Shown here piece after piece: positions 14,501-28,779 of a DNA stretch of 64,000 bases. Position numbers and translations under genes: made by a program. The DNA comes from Eledone cirrhosa (taxonomy: Eukaryota). The DNA is taken from contig OZ024743.1 of the NCBI GenBank assembly GCA_964016885.1, positions 185,814,001 through 185,878,000 on the forward strand, read 5' to 3'. Below the pieces are notes generated by a model that made no database searches, was not told where the DNA came from, and saw nothing but the letters and a program-made list of their open reading frames with translations. Within the stretch, counting starts at the first letter, position 1. The number at the start of each line of letters is the position of its first letter.

Positions 14501-17500
14501 TGAGCTATCTTCTCCTCTCAGACACACCAACACATACTGCTGAGCTATCTTTTCCTCTCAGACACACCAACACACACTGCTGAGCTATCTTCTCCTCTCA
14601 GACACACCAACACATACTGCTGAGCTATCTTCTCCTCTCAGACACACCAACACATACTGCTGAGCTATCTTCTCTCAGACATACCAAAACATACTGCTGA
14701 GCTATCTTCTCTCAGACACACCAACACATACCGCTGAGCTATCTTTTCCTCTCAGACACACCAACACACACTGCTGAGCTATCTTCTCCTCTCAGACACA
14801 CCAACACATACTGCTGAGCTATCTTCTCTCAGACACACCAACACATACTGCTGAGCTATCTTCTCTCAGACATACCAAAACATACTGCTGAGCTATCTTC
14901 TCCTTTCAGACATACCAACACATACTGCTGAGCTATCTTCTCCTCTCAGACACACCAACACATACTGCTGAGCTATCTTTTCCTCTCAGACACACCAACA
15001 CACACTGCTGAGCTATCTTCTCCTCTCAGACACACCAACACATACTGCTGAGCTATCTTCTCTCAGACACACCAACACATACTGCTGAGCTATCTTCTCC
15101 TCTCAGACACACCAACACATACTGCTGAGCTATCTTTTCCTCTCAGACACACCAACACATACTGCTGAGCTATCTTCTCTCAGACACACCAAAACATATT
15201 GCTGAGCTATCTTCTCCTCTCAGACACACCAACACATACTGCTGAGCTATCTTCTCTCAGACACACCAACACATACTGCTGAGCTATCTTCTCCTTTCAG
15301 ACACACCAACACATACTGCTGAGCTATCTTCTCTCAGACACACCAACACATACTGCTGAGCTATCTTCTCTCAGACACACCAACACATACTGCTGAGCTA
15401 TGTTCTCTCAGACACACCAACACACACTGCTGAGCTATCTTCTCTCAGACATACCAAAACATACTGCTGAGCTATCTTTTCCTCTCAGACACACCAACAC
15501 ATACTGCTGAGCTATCTTTTCCTCTCAGACACACCAACACATACTGCTGAGCTATCTTCTCTCAGACACACCAAAACATATTGCTGAGCTATCTTCTCCT
15601 CTCAGACACACCAACACATACTGCTGAGCTATCTTTTCCTCTCAGACACACCAACACATACTGCTGAGCTATCTTCTCCTCTCAGACATACCAAAACATA
15701 CTGCTGAGCTATCTTCTCTCAGACACACCAACACATACTGCTGAGCTATCTTCTCTCAGACACACCAACACATACTGCTGAGCTATCTCCTTTCAGACAC
15801 ACCAACACATAGTGCTGAGCTATCTTCTCCTCTCAGACACACCAACACATACTGCTGAGCTATCTTCTCCTCTCAGACACACCAACACATACTACTGAGC
15901 TATCTTCTCCTCTCAGACATCAACACATACTGCTGAGCTATCTTCTCTCAGACACACCAACACACACTGCTGAGCTATCTTCTCCTCTCAGACATACCAA
16001 AACATACTGCTGACCTATCTTCTCCTCTCAGACACACCAACACATACTGCTGAGCTATCTTTTCCTCTCAGACACACCAACACACTGCTGAGCTATCTTC
16101 TCCTCTCAGACACACCAACACATACTGCTGAGCTATCTTCTCCTCTCAGACACACCAACACATACTGCTGAGCTATCTTCTCCTCTCAGACATACCAAAA
16201 CATACTGCTGAGCTATCTTCTCTCAGACACACCAACACATACCGCTGAGCTATCTTTTCCTCTCAGACACACCAACACACACTGCTGAGCTATCTTCTCC
16301 TCTCAGACACACCAACACATACTGCTGAGCTATCTTCTCTCAGACACACCAACACATACTGCTGAGCTATCTTCTCCTCTCAGACATACCAAAACATACT
16401 GCTGAGCTATCTTCTCCTTTCAGACATACCAACACATACTGCTGAGCTATCTTCTCCTCTCAGACACACCAACACATACTGCTGAGCTATCTTTTCCTCT
16501 CAGACACACCAGCACACACTGCTGAGCTATCTTCTCCTCTCAGACACACCAACACATACTGCTGAGCTATCTTCTCTCAGACACACCAACACATACTGCT
16601 GAGCTATCTTCTCCTCTCAGACACACCAACACATACTGCTGAGCTATCTTTTCCTCTCAGACACACCAACACATACTGCTGAGCTATCTTCTCTCAGACA
16701 CACCAAAACATATTGCTGAGCTATCTTCTCCTCTCAGACACACCAACACATACTGCTGAGCTATCTTTTCCTCTCAGTCACACCAACACACACTGCTGAG
16801 CTATCTTCTCCTCTCAGACACACCAACACATACTGCTGAGCTATCTTCTCTCAGACACACCAACACATACTGCTGAGCTATCTTCTCTCATACACACCAA
16901 CACATACTGCTGAGCTATCTTCTCTCAGACATACCAACACATACTGCTGAGCTATCTTCTCCTCTCAGACACACCAACACATACTGCTGAGCTATCTTCT
17001 CTCAGACACACCAACACACACTGCTGAGCTATCTTCTCCTCTCAGACATACCAACACATACTGCTGAGCTATCTTCTCCTCTCAGACACACCAACACATA
17101 CTGCTGAGCTATCTTCTCCTCTCAGACACACCAACACATACTGCTGAGCTATCTTCTCTCAGACACACCAACACATACTGCTGAGCTATCTTCTCCTCTC
17201 AGACACACCAACACACACTGCTGAGCTATCTTCTCCTCTCAGACACACCAACACATACTGCTGAGCTATCTTCTCCTCTCAGACACATCAACACATACTG
17301 CTGAGCTATCTTCTCTCAGACACACCAACACACACTGCTGAGCTATCTTCTCCTCTCAGACATACCAAAACATACTGCTGAGCTATCTTCTCCTCTCAGA
17401 CACACCAACACATACTGCTGAGCTATCTTCTCTCAGACACACCAACACATACTGCTGAGCTATCTTCTCTCAGACACACCAACACATACTGCTGAGCTAT

Positions 17501-20108
17501 CTTCTCCTCTCAGACACACCAACACATACTGCTGAGCTAACTTCTCTCAGACACACCAACACACACTGCTGAGCTATCTTCTCCTCTCAGACACACCAAC
17601 ACATACTGCTGAGCTATCTTCTCCTCTCAGACATACCAAAACATACTGCTGAGCTATCTTCTCTCAGACACACCAACACATACCGCTGAGCTATCTTTTC
17701 CTCTCAGACACACCAACACACACTGCTGAGCTATCTTCTCCTCTCAGACACAACCAACACATACTGCTGAGCTATCTTCTCTCAGACACACCAACACATA
17801 CTGCTGAGCTATCTTTTCCTCTCAGACATACCAAAACATACTGCTGAGCTATCTTCTCCTTTCAGACATACCAACACATACTGCTGAGCTATCTTCTCCT
17901 CTCAGACACACCAACACATACTGCTGAGCTATCTTTTCCTCTCAGACACACCAACACACACTGCTGAGCTATCTTCTCCTCTCAGACACACCAACACATA
18001 CTGCTGAGCTATCTTCTCTCAGACACACCAACACATACTGCTGAGCTATCTTCTCTCAGACACACCAACACATACTGCTGAGCTATCTTCTCTCAGACAC
18101 ACCAACACATACTGCTGAGCTATCTTTTCCTCTCAGACACACCAACACATACTGCTGAGCTATCTTCTCTCAGACACACCAAAACATATTGCTGAGCTAT
18201 CTTCTCCTCTCAGACACACCAACACATACTGCTGAGCTATCTTTTCCTCTCAGACACACCAACACACACTGCTGAGCTATCTTCTCCTCTCAGACACACC
18301 AACACATACTGCTGAGCTATCTTCTCTCAGACACACCAACACATACTGCTGAGCTATCTTCTCTCATACACACCAACACATACTGCTGAGCTATCTTCTC
18401 CTCTCAGACATACCAACACATACTGCTGAGCTATCTTCTCCTCTCAGACACACCAACACATACTGCTGAGCTATCTTCTCCTCTCAGACACACCAACACA
18501 CACTGCTGAGCTATCTTCTCCTCTCAGACACACCAACACATACTGCTGAGCTATCTTCTCCTCTCAGACACACCAACACATACTGCTGAGCTATCTTCTC
18601 TCAGACACCAACACACACTGCTGAGCTATCTTCTCCTCTCAGACATACCAACACATACTGCTGAGCTATCTTCTCCTCTCAGACACACCAACACATACTG
18701 CTGAGCTATCTTCTCCTCTCAGACACACCAACACATACTGCTGAGCTATCTTCTCTCAGACACACCAACACATACTGCTGAGCTATCTTCTCCTCTCAGA
18801 CACACCAACACATACTGCTGAGCTATCTTTTCCTCTCAGACACACCAAAACATACTGCTGAGCTATCTTCTCTCAGACACACCAAAACATACTGCTGAGC
18901 TATCTTCTCTCAGACACACCAACACATACTGCTGAGCTATCTTTTCCTCTCAGACACACCAACACACACTGCTGAGCTATCTTTTCCTCTCAGACACACC
19001 AACACATACTGCTGAGCTATCTTTTCCTCTCAGACCTACCAACACACACTGCTGAGCTATCTTCTCCTCTCAGACACACCAACACATACTGCTGAGCTAT
19101 CTTTTCCTCTCAGACACACCAAAACATACTGCTGAGCTATCTTCCCTCAGACACACCAAAACATACTGCTGAGCTATCTTTTCCTCTCAGACACACCAAA
19201 ACATACTGCTGAGCTATCTTCTCTCAGACACACCAAAACATACTGCTGAGCTATCTTCTCTCAGACACACCAAAACATACTGCTGAGCTATCTTCTCCTC
19301 TCAGACATACCAACACACACTGCTGAGCTATCTTTTCCTCTCAGACACACCAACACATACTGCTGAGCTATCTTTTCCTCTCAGACACACCAACACACAC
19401 TGCTGAGCTATCTTTTCCTCTCAGACACACCAACACATACTGCTGAGCTATCTTTTCCTCTCAGACACACCAACACATACTGCTGAGCTATCTTCTCCTC
19501 TCAGACACACCAACACATACTGCTGAGCTATCTTTTCCTCTCAGACATACCAACACACACTGCTGAGCTATCTTTTCCTCCCAGACACACCAACACATAC
19601 TGCTGAGCTATCTTTTCCTCTCAGACATACCAACACACACTGCTGAGCTATCTTTTCCTCTCAGACACACCAACACATACTGCTGAGCTATCTTTTCCTC
19701 TCAAACATACCAACACACACTGCTGAGCTATCTTCTCCTCTCAGACACACCAACACATACTGCTGAGCTATCTTTTCCTCTCAGACATACCAACACATAC
19801 TGCTGAGCTATCTTTTCCTCTCAGACATACCAACACATACTGCTGAGCTATCTTCTCCTCTCAGACACACCAACACATACTGCTGAGCTATCTTCTCCTC
19901 TCAGACACACCAACACATACTGCTGAGCTATCTTTTCCTCTCAGACATACCAACACATACTGCTGAGCTATCTTCTCTCAGACACACCAACACATACTGC
20001 TGAGGTATCTTTTCCTCTCAGACACACCAAAACATACTGCTGAGCTATCTTTTCTTCTCAGACACACCAAAACATACTGCTGAGCTATCTCTCCTCAGAC
20101 ACCAAAAC
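11571..20108. repeat. Intronic satellite, 40/37-bp monomer ACTGCTGAGCTATCTTCTC(CTC)TCAGACACACCAACACAT, roughly 220 copies
   Basis: Directly visible tandem array filling about 94% of the NPC1 intron between exons 7 and 8. Confidence 0.99.
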
Positions 20109-20280
20109 CAACTACAAATAACTTGTCCATACTGCTATGATGAAGTTGCATATATTTTAAAGACAATATCATGATTTAATTTTTTATCTGGAGGTAAACA
20201 GCTGTCTCTTAAATTAGAAATATTTTTGAAAATTCTCTACAAAAATGTTATAAACAAGATTAAAGTTTTAAAGATACTAC

Positions 20281-20438
20281 CTCTGCAGAGAATGAGATTG
20301 TCATATTTGGATTGGAATAATTCTTTAGAAATTCAATGAATTTGGCTTCCCATGCAGCTGCTTTGTCATTTTTATTGTTAAGATGATTGTTTACAATATA
20401 AGTGATGACAAAAGCAGATGCATTTTTCAAATTATTAT
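20281..20438 (-). CDS. NPC1: NPC1 exon 7 ([12 protein letters not shown]...[15 protein letters not shown]...ISFSAE)
   Basis: A-x-AWE-x-x-F and ISFSAE motifs; TACAG acceptor, GAG|GTAGTA donor. Confidence 0.95.
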
Positions 20439-22480
20439 CTGTATACAAAAATAGATAAAGGAAGTGTTAAAAGTTAAGAGAGAAAATCATTAACATATAT
20501 ACACAAAGTTAGAAGGAAGAAGAAATATAATGTTGAGGTCTTCCCCAAGTTGTTTCCAGGAATCAAAATCAGCTGATTCAATAAGCATCCAGCCTACCCT
20601 CTAAGGTGGTAGTGCCAGAGTTATTATAAAGTGCTCCCAGTACACACTATATAGTGGTTGGTATTAAGAAAGGCATCCATCCCCAAAAAACAGACTGTAC
20701 GAGCAAAACATGGTCACCTGACCAGTCAAACCTAAGAATGTAGCAACCCATTTAACCCCTGTGGTCTAATCTATGCAAAGATGGAGAATAGATATTAAAC
20801 AGTAAGGGGCATCAATCAGCAACAAATGAAATAAAAATTAAAATATCATAGGATAAGTGTCAATCTCTGTAGAGTACTGGGGATAGATACACCTAGTGAG
20901 GTGAAACTGGAACATTTTTTCATTTTTAATGAAACTATTCTACTTAATTTTAATTGCTAATGCCATGTTATGCATGAAATGTCTAATCATCATAATCATC
21001 ACCTTTTTAGATCTATTTTTCATGCTGGCATGGGTTAGACAGGTTGTCATTTTGTTGTGGCACCAGGACTCGCTTTACAGTGTGTTGGGTGCATTTTATT
21101 GTGGCACCAGTACTACCACTTCACTCTGTGTGTGTGTGTGGTGTGTGTGTGGTGTGTGTGGTGTGTGTGGTGTGTGTGGTGTGTGGTGTGTGTATATATT
21201 TAACACTGCAAATCTACCAAATTTTAATAATATACCTTCTTACATATATTTAACGCTAATTCATGCAAATTAACCAAATTTTATTCCAAGAATAAGTTTC
21301 AAAGGTGTCTTACAAATCATTACAATAAATTTAGATGCTGATGGATATTCTTTCTATGGGTACAGTTGTGGTGATGATGATGAGCCTAATTAGATCATTG
21401 AGGTACTATTGAAGACTGTGTCCATGAATTAGTGTATATAGTTCAAATCAGGTATACTCATGGCAAGATTTTGACTCACCATAGAAAATATAATTTCTCA
21501 TTACCTTCTCCAAGCTCATAGAAGAATTTTAATTTACTACTAATAAGTCATGACACATTTATTGGGTATTTACAGTTTTGGCTACACAAGGTCTATACAC
21601 AGCTTAGTAGACTGAGCCATTACTAAGGGTACAATGCAATACTGAGTAATGTAATATAAATGGTCATTCCCTCAGCCAGTAGTTCAACATACTATTGCTC
21701 CAATGATATACAACCTTCCAGAACACAAAACCTTCAATGTATTATTACTTTTAACTCTTGAACTTATAGTAAACTGGTTTTATGTACTTAGAATTTTACA
21801 TAAATCATTTTCATACTCTTTAGAAGGATGTTGTGCTAAAAAGGACCCATCCAACTCACATGTAAAACAATGATGATGAGAAGGCTGGGTCTAAAATTGT
21901 AGATATCATTTATATCTGAAGTGCAACAACATTTTTAACAGCCAATTGCTTTACTACCTATTGAACAGTCATCTATGAAGATAATTGACAACAAAGCAAG
22001 ACACATTTCTAAGTTTCACCTCTACAACGTTTCAGCTCAATAGATTCAGTTTCAACAAAAGCACTCAGTCCACACTGTAAAGTGGTTATGCTGGTGACAC
22101 AGCCAAAAGTGCTCAGTCCACATTGTAAAGTGGTCATTTTGGAGCAACGATAAAAAGCATCCAGTACACACTGTAAATATGGTTGGCATTAGGAAGGGCA
22201 ACCAGCTGTAGAAACCAAGCCAAAATCAGTTCTGTACGAGCAAGACACAATCATCTGATCTGGCTTGTCTAACAACGGGACAACTCATCTAACCCATGAT
22301 AGTGAGGAAAAATGGAGGTTAAATGGTGATGATGATGAATGTATTTTGCCTAGGAGTTACAGGTCATCACAATCATTATATCTAGAGACAAACATATAAA
22401 CCTATACTTTAGGAAACCTCTATCTTAAATCCACCACTACTGTATAACATAGTGAAATAAAGGGAACAGAATATATATAC

Positions 22481-22578
22481 CTTTCAATCCACCAAGTGCC
22501 ATACTTATTTCAACTGGTCCTCCAAAATTTCCCATACAAGCTAAATTAATAACTGTGTCATTCATTGATGTAGGGTTC
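22481..22578 (-). CDS. NPC1: NPC1 exon 6 (NPTSMNDT...CMGNFGGPV...ALGGLK)
   Basis: C-x-G-x-FGGP motif; TTTTAG acceptor, G|GTATAT donor; phase continuous. Confidence 0.93.
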
Positions 22579-22947
22579 CTAAAATAGTCAAGAAATATAA
22601 AAATAATGTACAACTTCAGAAGAGAGATTTGAAAATAAACAAAATAGACTTACAGAGTTTATATTCTGGTTTAAAACAATGTATATTAACAAGTAAATAA
22701 ACTAAATTGACAAACTGGTGCTTAGTATCCAGAACAAATGAAAAGAGATATATTTCACTCAATTCTTTAAACCCACATATCACTATAGTTAGAAGAATTT
22801 AGGCTAACAACTGTTTGAACAAATTTGAAATACTAGATCTGTATCTAGAACAAATGTATATGAAGGGCAACACTGAAACAGATATTAAATGAACAAGAAT
22901 GTAATAAGTTAATTAAACATAAAAAAAAGTATTCAATATCAACATAC

Positions 22948-23174
22948 ATGGCACAGGTTTCTATGTGGTCAAGATAGTTAGCATATTGAAAAAATATAGA
23001 TTTGTTCAATTTATCAAGGTTTGCAGGGCTATTCTGGAAATACTGGAATATACTCTGAATTGTACAATTATTATTGGAAGGAGATAAAGGTGTAAAGCAG
23101 ATGTCATTTAGACCAATTGTCTTGTTGTTGTATTCTACAGTTAGTTCAGAAACAGAGTTTTGCAACTCAAGAAC
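22948..23174 (-). CDS. NPC1: NPC1 exon 5 (middle luminal domain, VLELQ...LNDICFTPL...CTIQSIFQYFQN...YLDHIETCA)
   Basis: Family motifs; TTTCAG acceptor, AT|GTATGT donor; 227 nt. Confidence 0.95.
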
Positions 23175-23344
23175 CTGAAAAGACAAAAGAAAAACTTTAT
23201 AGATTGAAACATCCTATTCTATTGAAATTACTAATACATGTTTATTATGTGTTGGAGAGCTGTGTTTTAAATACAGATAGTCTTCTGGATTAATCAAATA
23301 ATTTGGAAGATGTGATTTCTCACATCCTTTCATTGAACTGGTTT

Positions 23345-24365
23345 TATCTTATGGAATAAGTAAGAAGAGTAGAAATTCCATCCTATGTCCCAAATGCAAA
23401 CTATGGGTACACAAAAGATGTAGTAGGATTTCAAGTAGGCTAGCAAAGAAAGCAGGTTTTATATGTAGTCGTTGAACAGGTGCAGTATGTAGGAGCCCAG
23501 AGGACACTAGCTCCTCTAAATGCCCAGAGGGCTTGGTAGAAGTAATTGATAGATTCTGTTACCTGGGCATCCAAATTACCAATAGAGGTGGGTGTTACGA
23601 AAGTACTGTAGCTAGAGTGAGAACAAGATAAAGAAAGTTCAGGAAGCTACTATAGCTGCTCACTATAAAAAAAATTTTCCTCCAAAATGAAGGGCAGATT
23701 GTATGATGCAAGGGCAGATTATATGTTGCGTGGTAGTGAGACCTGGGTATTGTGTGCAGAGGACCTGCGAAGGTTGGAAAGAAATGAAGCTGGCATGCTT
23801 TGAATAGCAAAGCATAAATGAACTGAGAGAGAAACTAGGCATAAGAGGAATCAGATGCAATGTGCAGGAGAGGAGATTGCGCTGGTATGGACATGTAATG
23901 CGTATGAAAAATGACAGTTGTATAAAAAGGTGCAGGGTGCTCAAAGTTGATGGAAGCTATAATGTAGGAAGACTTGGGATGAGGTGATAAAAGCTGACCT
24001 TAGACAATTGCACTTCTTCAAGGTGATGACACAGGAATGAAATCTCTGGTGTTATGCAGTAATATAGAAGAGCTGCCTTCCCAAGTGCAACGGTTGTAGC
24101 ATACATCATGTTTGCACTAACCCCTGTCTCCAGATAAGTACCCCACTCCACACTGTAAAGTGGTTGTTTTGGTGGCATGAGAAACATTGCCCAGTCCACA
24201 CTGTAAATGTGGTTGGTGTTAGGAAGGGCATCCAGCTGTAGAAACAAAGCTAGAAACACTTCTGTATAAACAAGACAGTCATCTGATCTGACTTGTCTAA
24301 CAGGGAGACAACTCGTCTAACCCATGCTAGTGTGGAAAATGGACGTTAAACAGTAATGATGATGA
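23345..24365 (+). mobile_element. Degraded RTE LINE 3' end with GAT tail
   Basis: Similar to the RTE C-terminus (GAGATTGCGCTGGTATGGACATGTAATGCG) and the shared 3' tail. Confidence 0.82.
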
Positions 24366-25210
24366 GTCCTTTCTTGTACTGCTATCAGATCTAACATAGC
24401 TGCTTAATCTACCTCTCATTAATTTGCACTTATATCTAAATTAATTTTATTATGATGTCAAAAATTGATAAAATTCCAAAAGATTATATGGAAATAATTT
24501 TATTATGATGTCAAAAATTGATAAAATTCCAAAAGATTATATGAAAATATAAAATAAAAATGCCTAGTATAATTGGATCATCACTATCGATAATTTCAAG
24601 AGCAAGTTAGACTGGTGGAGCTCATCCTTCTCTAGACTATCAACTATGACCAGAAATTACAGTAAACGTTACATGAAATAATTCACTGGAAACGAGCTGC
24701 ATTACAAATTTGGTATCATGAGAGCTTACTAGCATTGCATGGCTCTTATACATGGTAGGTATATGCTGTATATACACAACACTTGGTATCATGAGAGCTG
24801 ACTAATACTACATGGCTCACATGTATGGCAGATGAATGCTGTATATATAAACTTATGCTGGATAAGGATTCAAAATTTACTTAAGTGTGAAGATTATTAA
24901 GTATTGATGAAAAGCTAATATCCCTAGAATCATCATTAATGTTTAGCATCTGTTTTCCCTGCTAGCAAAGGCTGGACATTTTGTCATAGACTGGTCAGTA
25001 GTCAAGCAAAGTCACTGACCTCCAGGGGGCACTAAGAGCTCTACTGAGTGCATTTTATCATGCCACCAACACTAGGGAAGTTATATTCTTGACACAGCTG
25101 AAGAGTGAACTTGGCCCTTTGTTTGGCAGAATTAATCATGGAAAATATACAGGTTTCTAGCCAATTGTGTTTATAAGAAAACAATGAATAAAAGAACCAA
25201 ACTCTCTAAC

Positions 25211-25343
25211 CTGGTGCATGAAATCTTTATCAAAAATTGGACTGTAATAAACATGGTCAGCTGATGGTGGTGGCAGGGGATGTTTGACGAGAGAGTTGTT
25301 GCCATTCCTTGTAATAATTATCATTTCACTACGATAAAAAGGT
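25211..25343 (-). CDS. NPC1: NPC1 exon 4 (PFYRSEMIIIT...FDKDFMHQ)
   Basis: Completes the FGPFYR motif across the junction; AAG acceptor, CAG|GTTAGA donor; 133 nt. Confidence 0.93.
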
Positions 25344-25954
25344 CTTTAAAAGAAAAAAAACAAAACAAATTAAGATGCTCTGATACAATTCTAAATCATA
25401 ATGATAATTATTAAAAATCCTTGTATTACCATTCTGAGACTAGTGTGAATGCTTTTTAATGCTACTGTGCTGTCAGATTGAATAGCACTGCAGTACACCA
25501 ACTTTTCTTGCATCTCCATATATTGTTTGTGACAGGAAAGAACTCCATATATTTAGATTATTTTAAATGTGAATCTAAAGTTATAGTTAGATATAGTGTA
25601 AACATAAAATGAAGTATAACAAACAGAAATTGTAGAATCTACAGAGATGTAGTTATATAAGTATCACACACACATACACACGATATATGATGGTTAGATT
25701 GCAGTAAATATTGGCATATACTGTATTCAGCACTCAATGTAATGTTGTGATTCAAAGGTGTAGTAGTGCCAGCTGAAGAGATGGATAATAGCATATACTT
25801 GGTATCAATAGAAATTGCTCAATATATGTATAAACATTTTGAGTTGAGCTCTCTCTCCATTTATGCAAATCTGAAGATGCCATAATCTCAGAGCCGAACC
25901 CAATCATTACATTATAATTTATGTCATTATGAATAATTTTGAGGTAATTATGTG

Positions 25955-26075
25955 AAGGCGTGTGGCTGTGGTTAGAGAGTTGAATTCACAATCACAAGGT
26001 TGAGAGTTCAATTCCCAGACAGGGTGAAGCATTATGTCCTGAAACAAGACACTTTATTTCATGGTGCTCTTTCTG
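25955..26075 (+). mobile_element. Second tRNA-headed SINE family (inverted copy at about 31140-31275)
   Basis: TGGCTGTGGTTAG A-box-like, GAGTTCAATTCC B-box, CAAGACACTTTATTTCA body. Confidence 0.68.
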
Positions 26076-26451
26076 CCAAGAGTTGCAACCAGTTGATAGT
26101 ATCAACAATTGAAAAAAACCAATAAGAACATTGTTTCCTTGGTCCAATTTGACAAGTTTCACCCCACTCAGTAAGAAAATGAAGTCTGGGCTATTGTCGA
26201 TCGTAAAAAAAAATGTGAGTGAAACATGTAATAAGAATAAACATTTCATAAATTGACATTTTCTTCTCCATTATATATATATGAGATAGAAAGATGGGGA
26301 CTGACAGATAGACAATGATATTGGCAGAGAAGAGTTAAAAACATTTTACCCCCACCCCTTGTCTTACATTTGTGTTCCATGGATTCTAAATAAAAATAAA
26401 AAAAATATGTTTTTAACAGTCTAGTATTTGTGTGTGACAGATAAAGAAACT

Positions 26452-26625
26452 TCATTGGCAGTATCGGTAGAGGGTCGGACACCATGCTTTGATGCATAGT
26501 TACAGCCCTTGCCATTCTGAGTTCAAATCCCGCCGAGGTTAACTTTACCTTTCATCCTTAGGGGGTCGATAAAATAAAGTACCAGTAATGTACTGGGTAT
26601 TGCTGGCCTTGTGCCAAAAGTAGAA
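26452..26625 (+). mobile_element. tRNA-derived SINE (related copies at about 1366-1560, 1575-1760, 28090-28270, 36380-36550, 38975-39110, 39910-40055, 60835-61025)
   Basis: A-box-like TGGCAGTATCGG, B-box GAGTTCAAATCC, shared body CTTTCATCCT...GTCGATAAAATAAAGTACCAGT...GGCCTTGTGCC. Confidence 0.8.
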
Positions 26626-26704
26626 ACAATTATCTTTATTATCCTTAACTTTGATGAGAATTGTGGAGGTGTTAATAGCAAGGACAGATAAAGTGATAAC
26701 TTAC

Positions 26705-27704
26705 CCAAAGTTTGTATCAAAGTAATTTTTTTCTAGTCGAGCTTCGCTGTCTGGAGCTGACCACAGCAACACAGGATCAGTAATAACCTTGAATCTTATA
26801 ATCCCACATGAAAGGATGGTAGAAACAACCAAACTAATTAGAATAACCCTCAGTGGGAATTTAGCACATAAATAGCCCCATTTATAAAACTTTTCATCTA
26901 AAAAATGTATAAATTTATCACCTAAAGCAGATATTTTATTGTTAGATACTTGAATTGTTTCTCCTAAGACTGGATAATTAGATAACTGAGAAGATTCTTT
27001 CCCATCTGCTACTCCCAAACTATTTTGCCACACAATATTTTCCCAAATAACATAAGACATGAATAAAATAAAGAACCCTAGAAATATAGAGCCCCATATA
27101 AAGTCATAAGCATTAATATAGAGAATCTCCCAAGTTTTGGAGCCCTTGGGTATTGGTGGAAAGGGGGGACATGAACCGCTGCAGTCCTGACAGCTACAAG
27201 CCGGTGTATCATTATTTGTAGGTGAACTACAAGGAATTAATGTGTAATTCATGGGAATTAGAGTTTTATTAGGAGATACTTTCCAAGGAGATTTTGTGAT
27301 GTTGAAGTCAATAGATATAGGAGTGTATCCATTGTTAGTGCCACCCATAAATTCCAACCACTTTTTAATGGTGCAATGTTTACCAGCATTCCCACACATC
27401 ACTGTAAGGGCTTTCATATTAGCGCTCGGCATTTGAACATTTTTGCAGGAATCAATTAGGCCATTGGCAAATACGGGATCAACAGCATACTTAATGCCAA
27501 AAACCGCAGGTCTGCCAGAGGTATTGCGTTTATCAGAAACAAAGACGTATTTACTTTGTTCAATATCACAAGTGAAAGCACAATAAAGGTTACGGAAGTT
27601 GTAATAACATGACGGGCAGCGTGCTAACATATCCTGTGCTTGGCCCAGACTTATTGCAAAATTGTGAATTGTCTTATTATTACAGCAAGTCTTTGTCTTA
27701 GGAC
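26705..27704 (-). CDS. NPC1: NPC1 exon 3 (1000 nt; rest of NTD, proline linker, TM1, TM2)
   Basis: RCPSCYYNF, CSCQDCSGSCPP, TDPVLLWSAPDSEARLEKNYFD; TTTCAG acceptor and GG|GTAAG donor; phase 1 to phase 2. Confidence 0.97.
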
Positions 27705-28779
27705 CTGAAAGAATAAAAAAAAATTGAAAACAAATAACATTAGGCATGGAAAATTTGTAAAAATGTCCCAATTGAAAATGTTCTAAATAGACATTGCTTA
27801 TCCTAATTATGCATAATATTAAATGAACAACATAAACAAGTGTTAGATGAGCTTAAATAAGTGAAAGGGTAATGCAATATCATCAATCAGACAGACTTTT
27901 TTGTTTTTATTTAGTTGGATGCTCTTCAAATGTATATTTGTAACAAAGATCTTGGTGTCATAAATTATTTCAACTGAAGGTTTTTCCATCTCATCCCAAA
28001 CTGACTAACTTCAGTTCCTTCAGATGTTTTTTTTCATCATTCTTTCAAACCAATTCAGACAATCCAAGCTATGTAAGATGTAATTCAATGTTTGGCAGAA
28101 TTGTTAGAGCATTAAACAAAATGCTTTGTGGTATTTAGTTTTGGCTTTTACACTCTGAGTTCAAGTCCTGCCAAGGTCAACTTTACCTTCATCCTACAAG
28201 AGTTGATAAAATGAAGTACCAGTTAAGTAATGGTGTTGATATAATTGCTGGCCTTGTGCCAATGTTAGAAATTATTATAATATTGTATAAAAAAAAGAAC
28301 CCATAAACATCTCTTGTAGAGAGCTCAGCTTATACAGTTGCTAAGACACACAAGCTATACTCTTACACCATCTACAGTCCTCTATACAGTTAGCTGATGT
28401 TTAATTCAAGTTTGTCAAAGCATAAAATGTATTAAGGATACAATCTCAGTCCAGTCTGTTTACTAGCTAAATATACAGAACTTATGATTATTAAGAGTAC
28501 TGTATCTTATCTGCAGTATGACATTAACTCACAACACTTAAGCCAATTGTCTAATAATTTAATCATTTCATTTTGATGGCAAGTGGAGAGACACTGTGCC
28601 GCTTTAGAATAAGTACACTATGTCACAAGAAGCAACTAAAAGAGTTAGTGTAAGGAGGGGCATCTGGCAGTAAAACATTGCCTCAAAAAGTTGTCTAGCC
28701 CATGCTAACATGGAAAAGTTGACAGGATGATGATGCTGATGATGATTCAGTTAATTGAGACTTTTTCCTCTTTTAAGCT

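Noticed and set aside
11571-20108. Satellite as CRISPR array, coding repeat or hammerhead satellite
   Set aside because: No spacers and no long ORF; the minus strand has CTGAGAG rather than CTGANGA and lacks the stem I/III architecture.
26452-26540. tRNA-like A/B boxes
   Set aside because: Head of a multi-copy SINE with no full cloverleaf; not called as tRNA.
27705-27771. ORF-track N-terminal extension MGHFYKF... of the 356-aa ORF as the NPC1 start
   Set aside because: It is intronic read-through over the polypyrimidine tract; the acceptor at 27705 joins exon 2 in phase.
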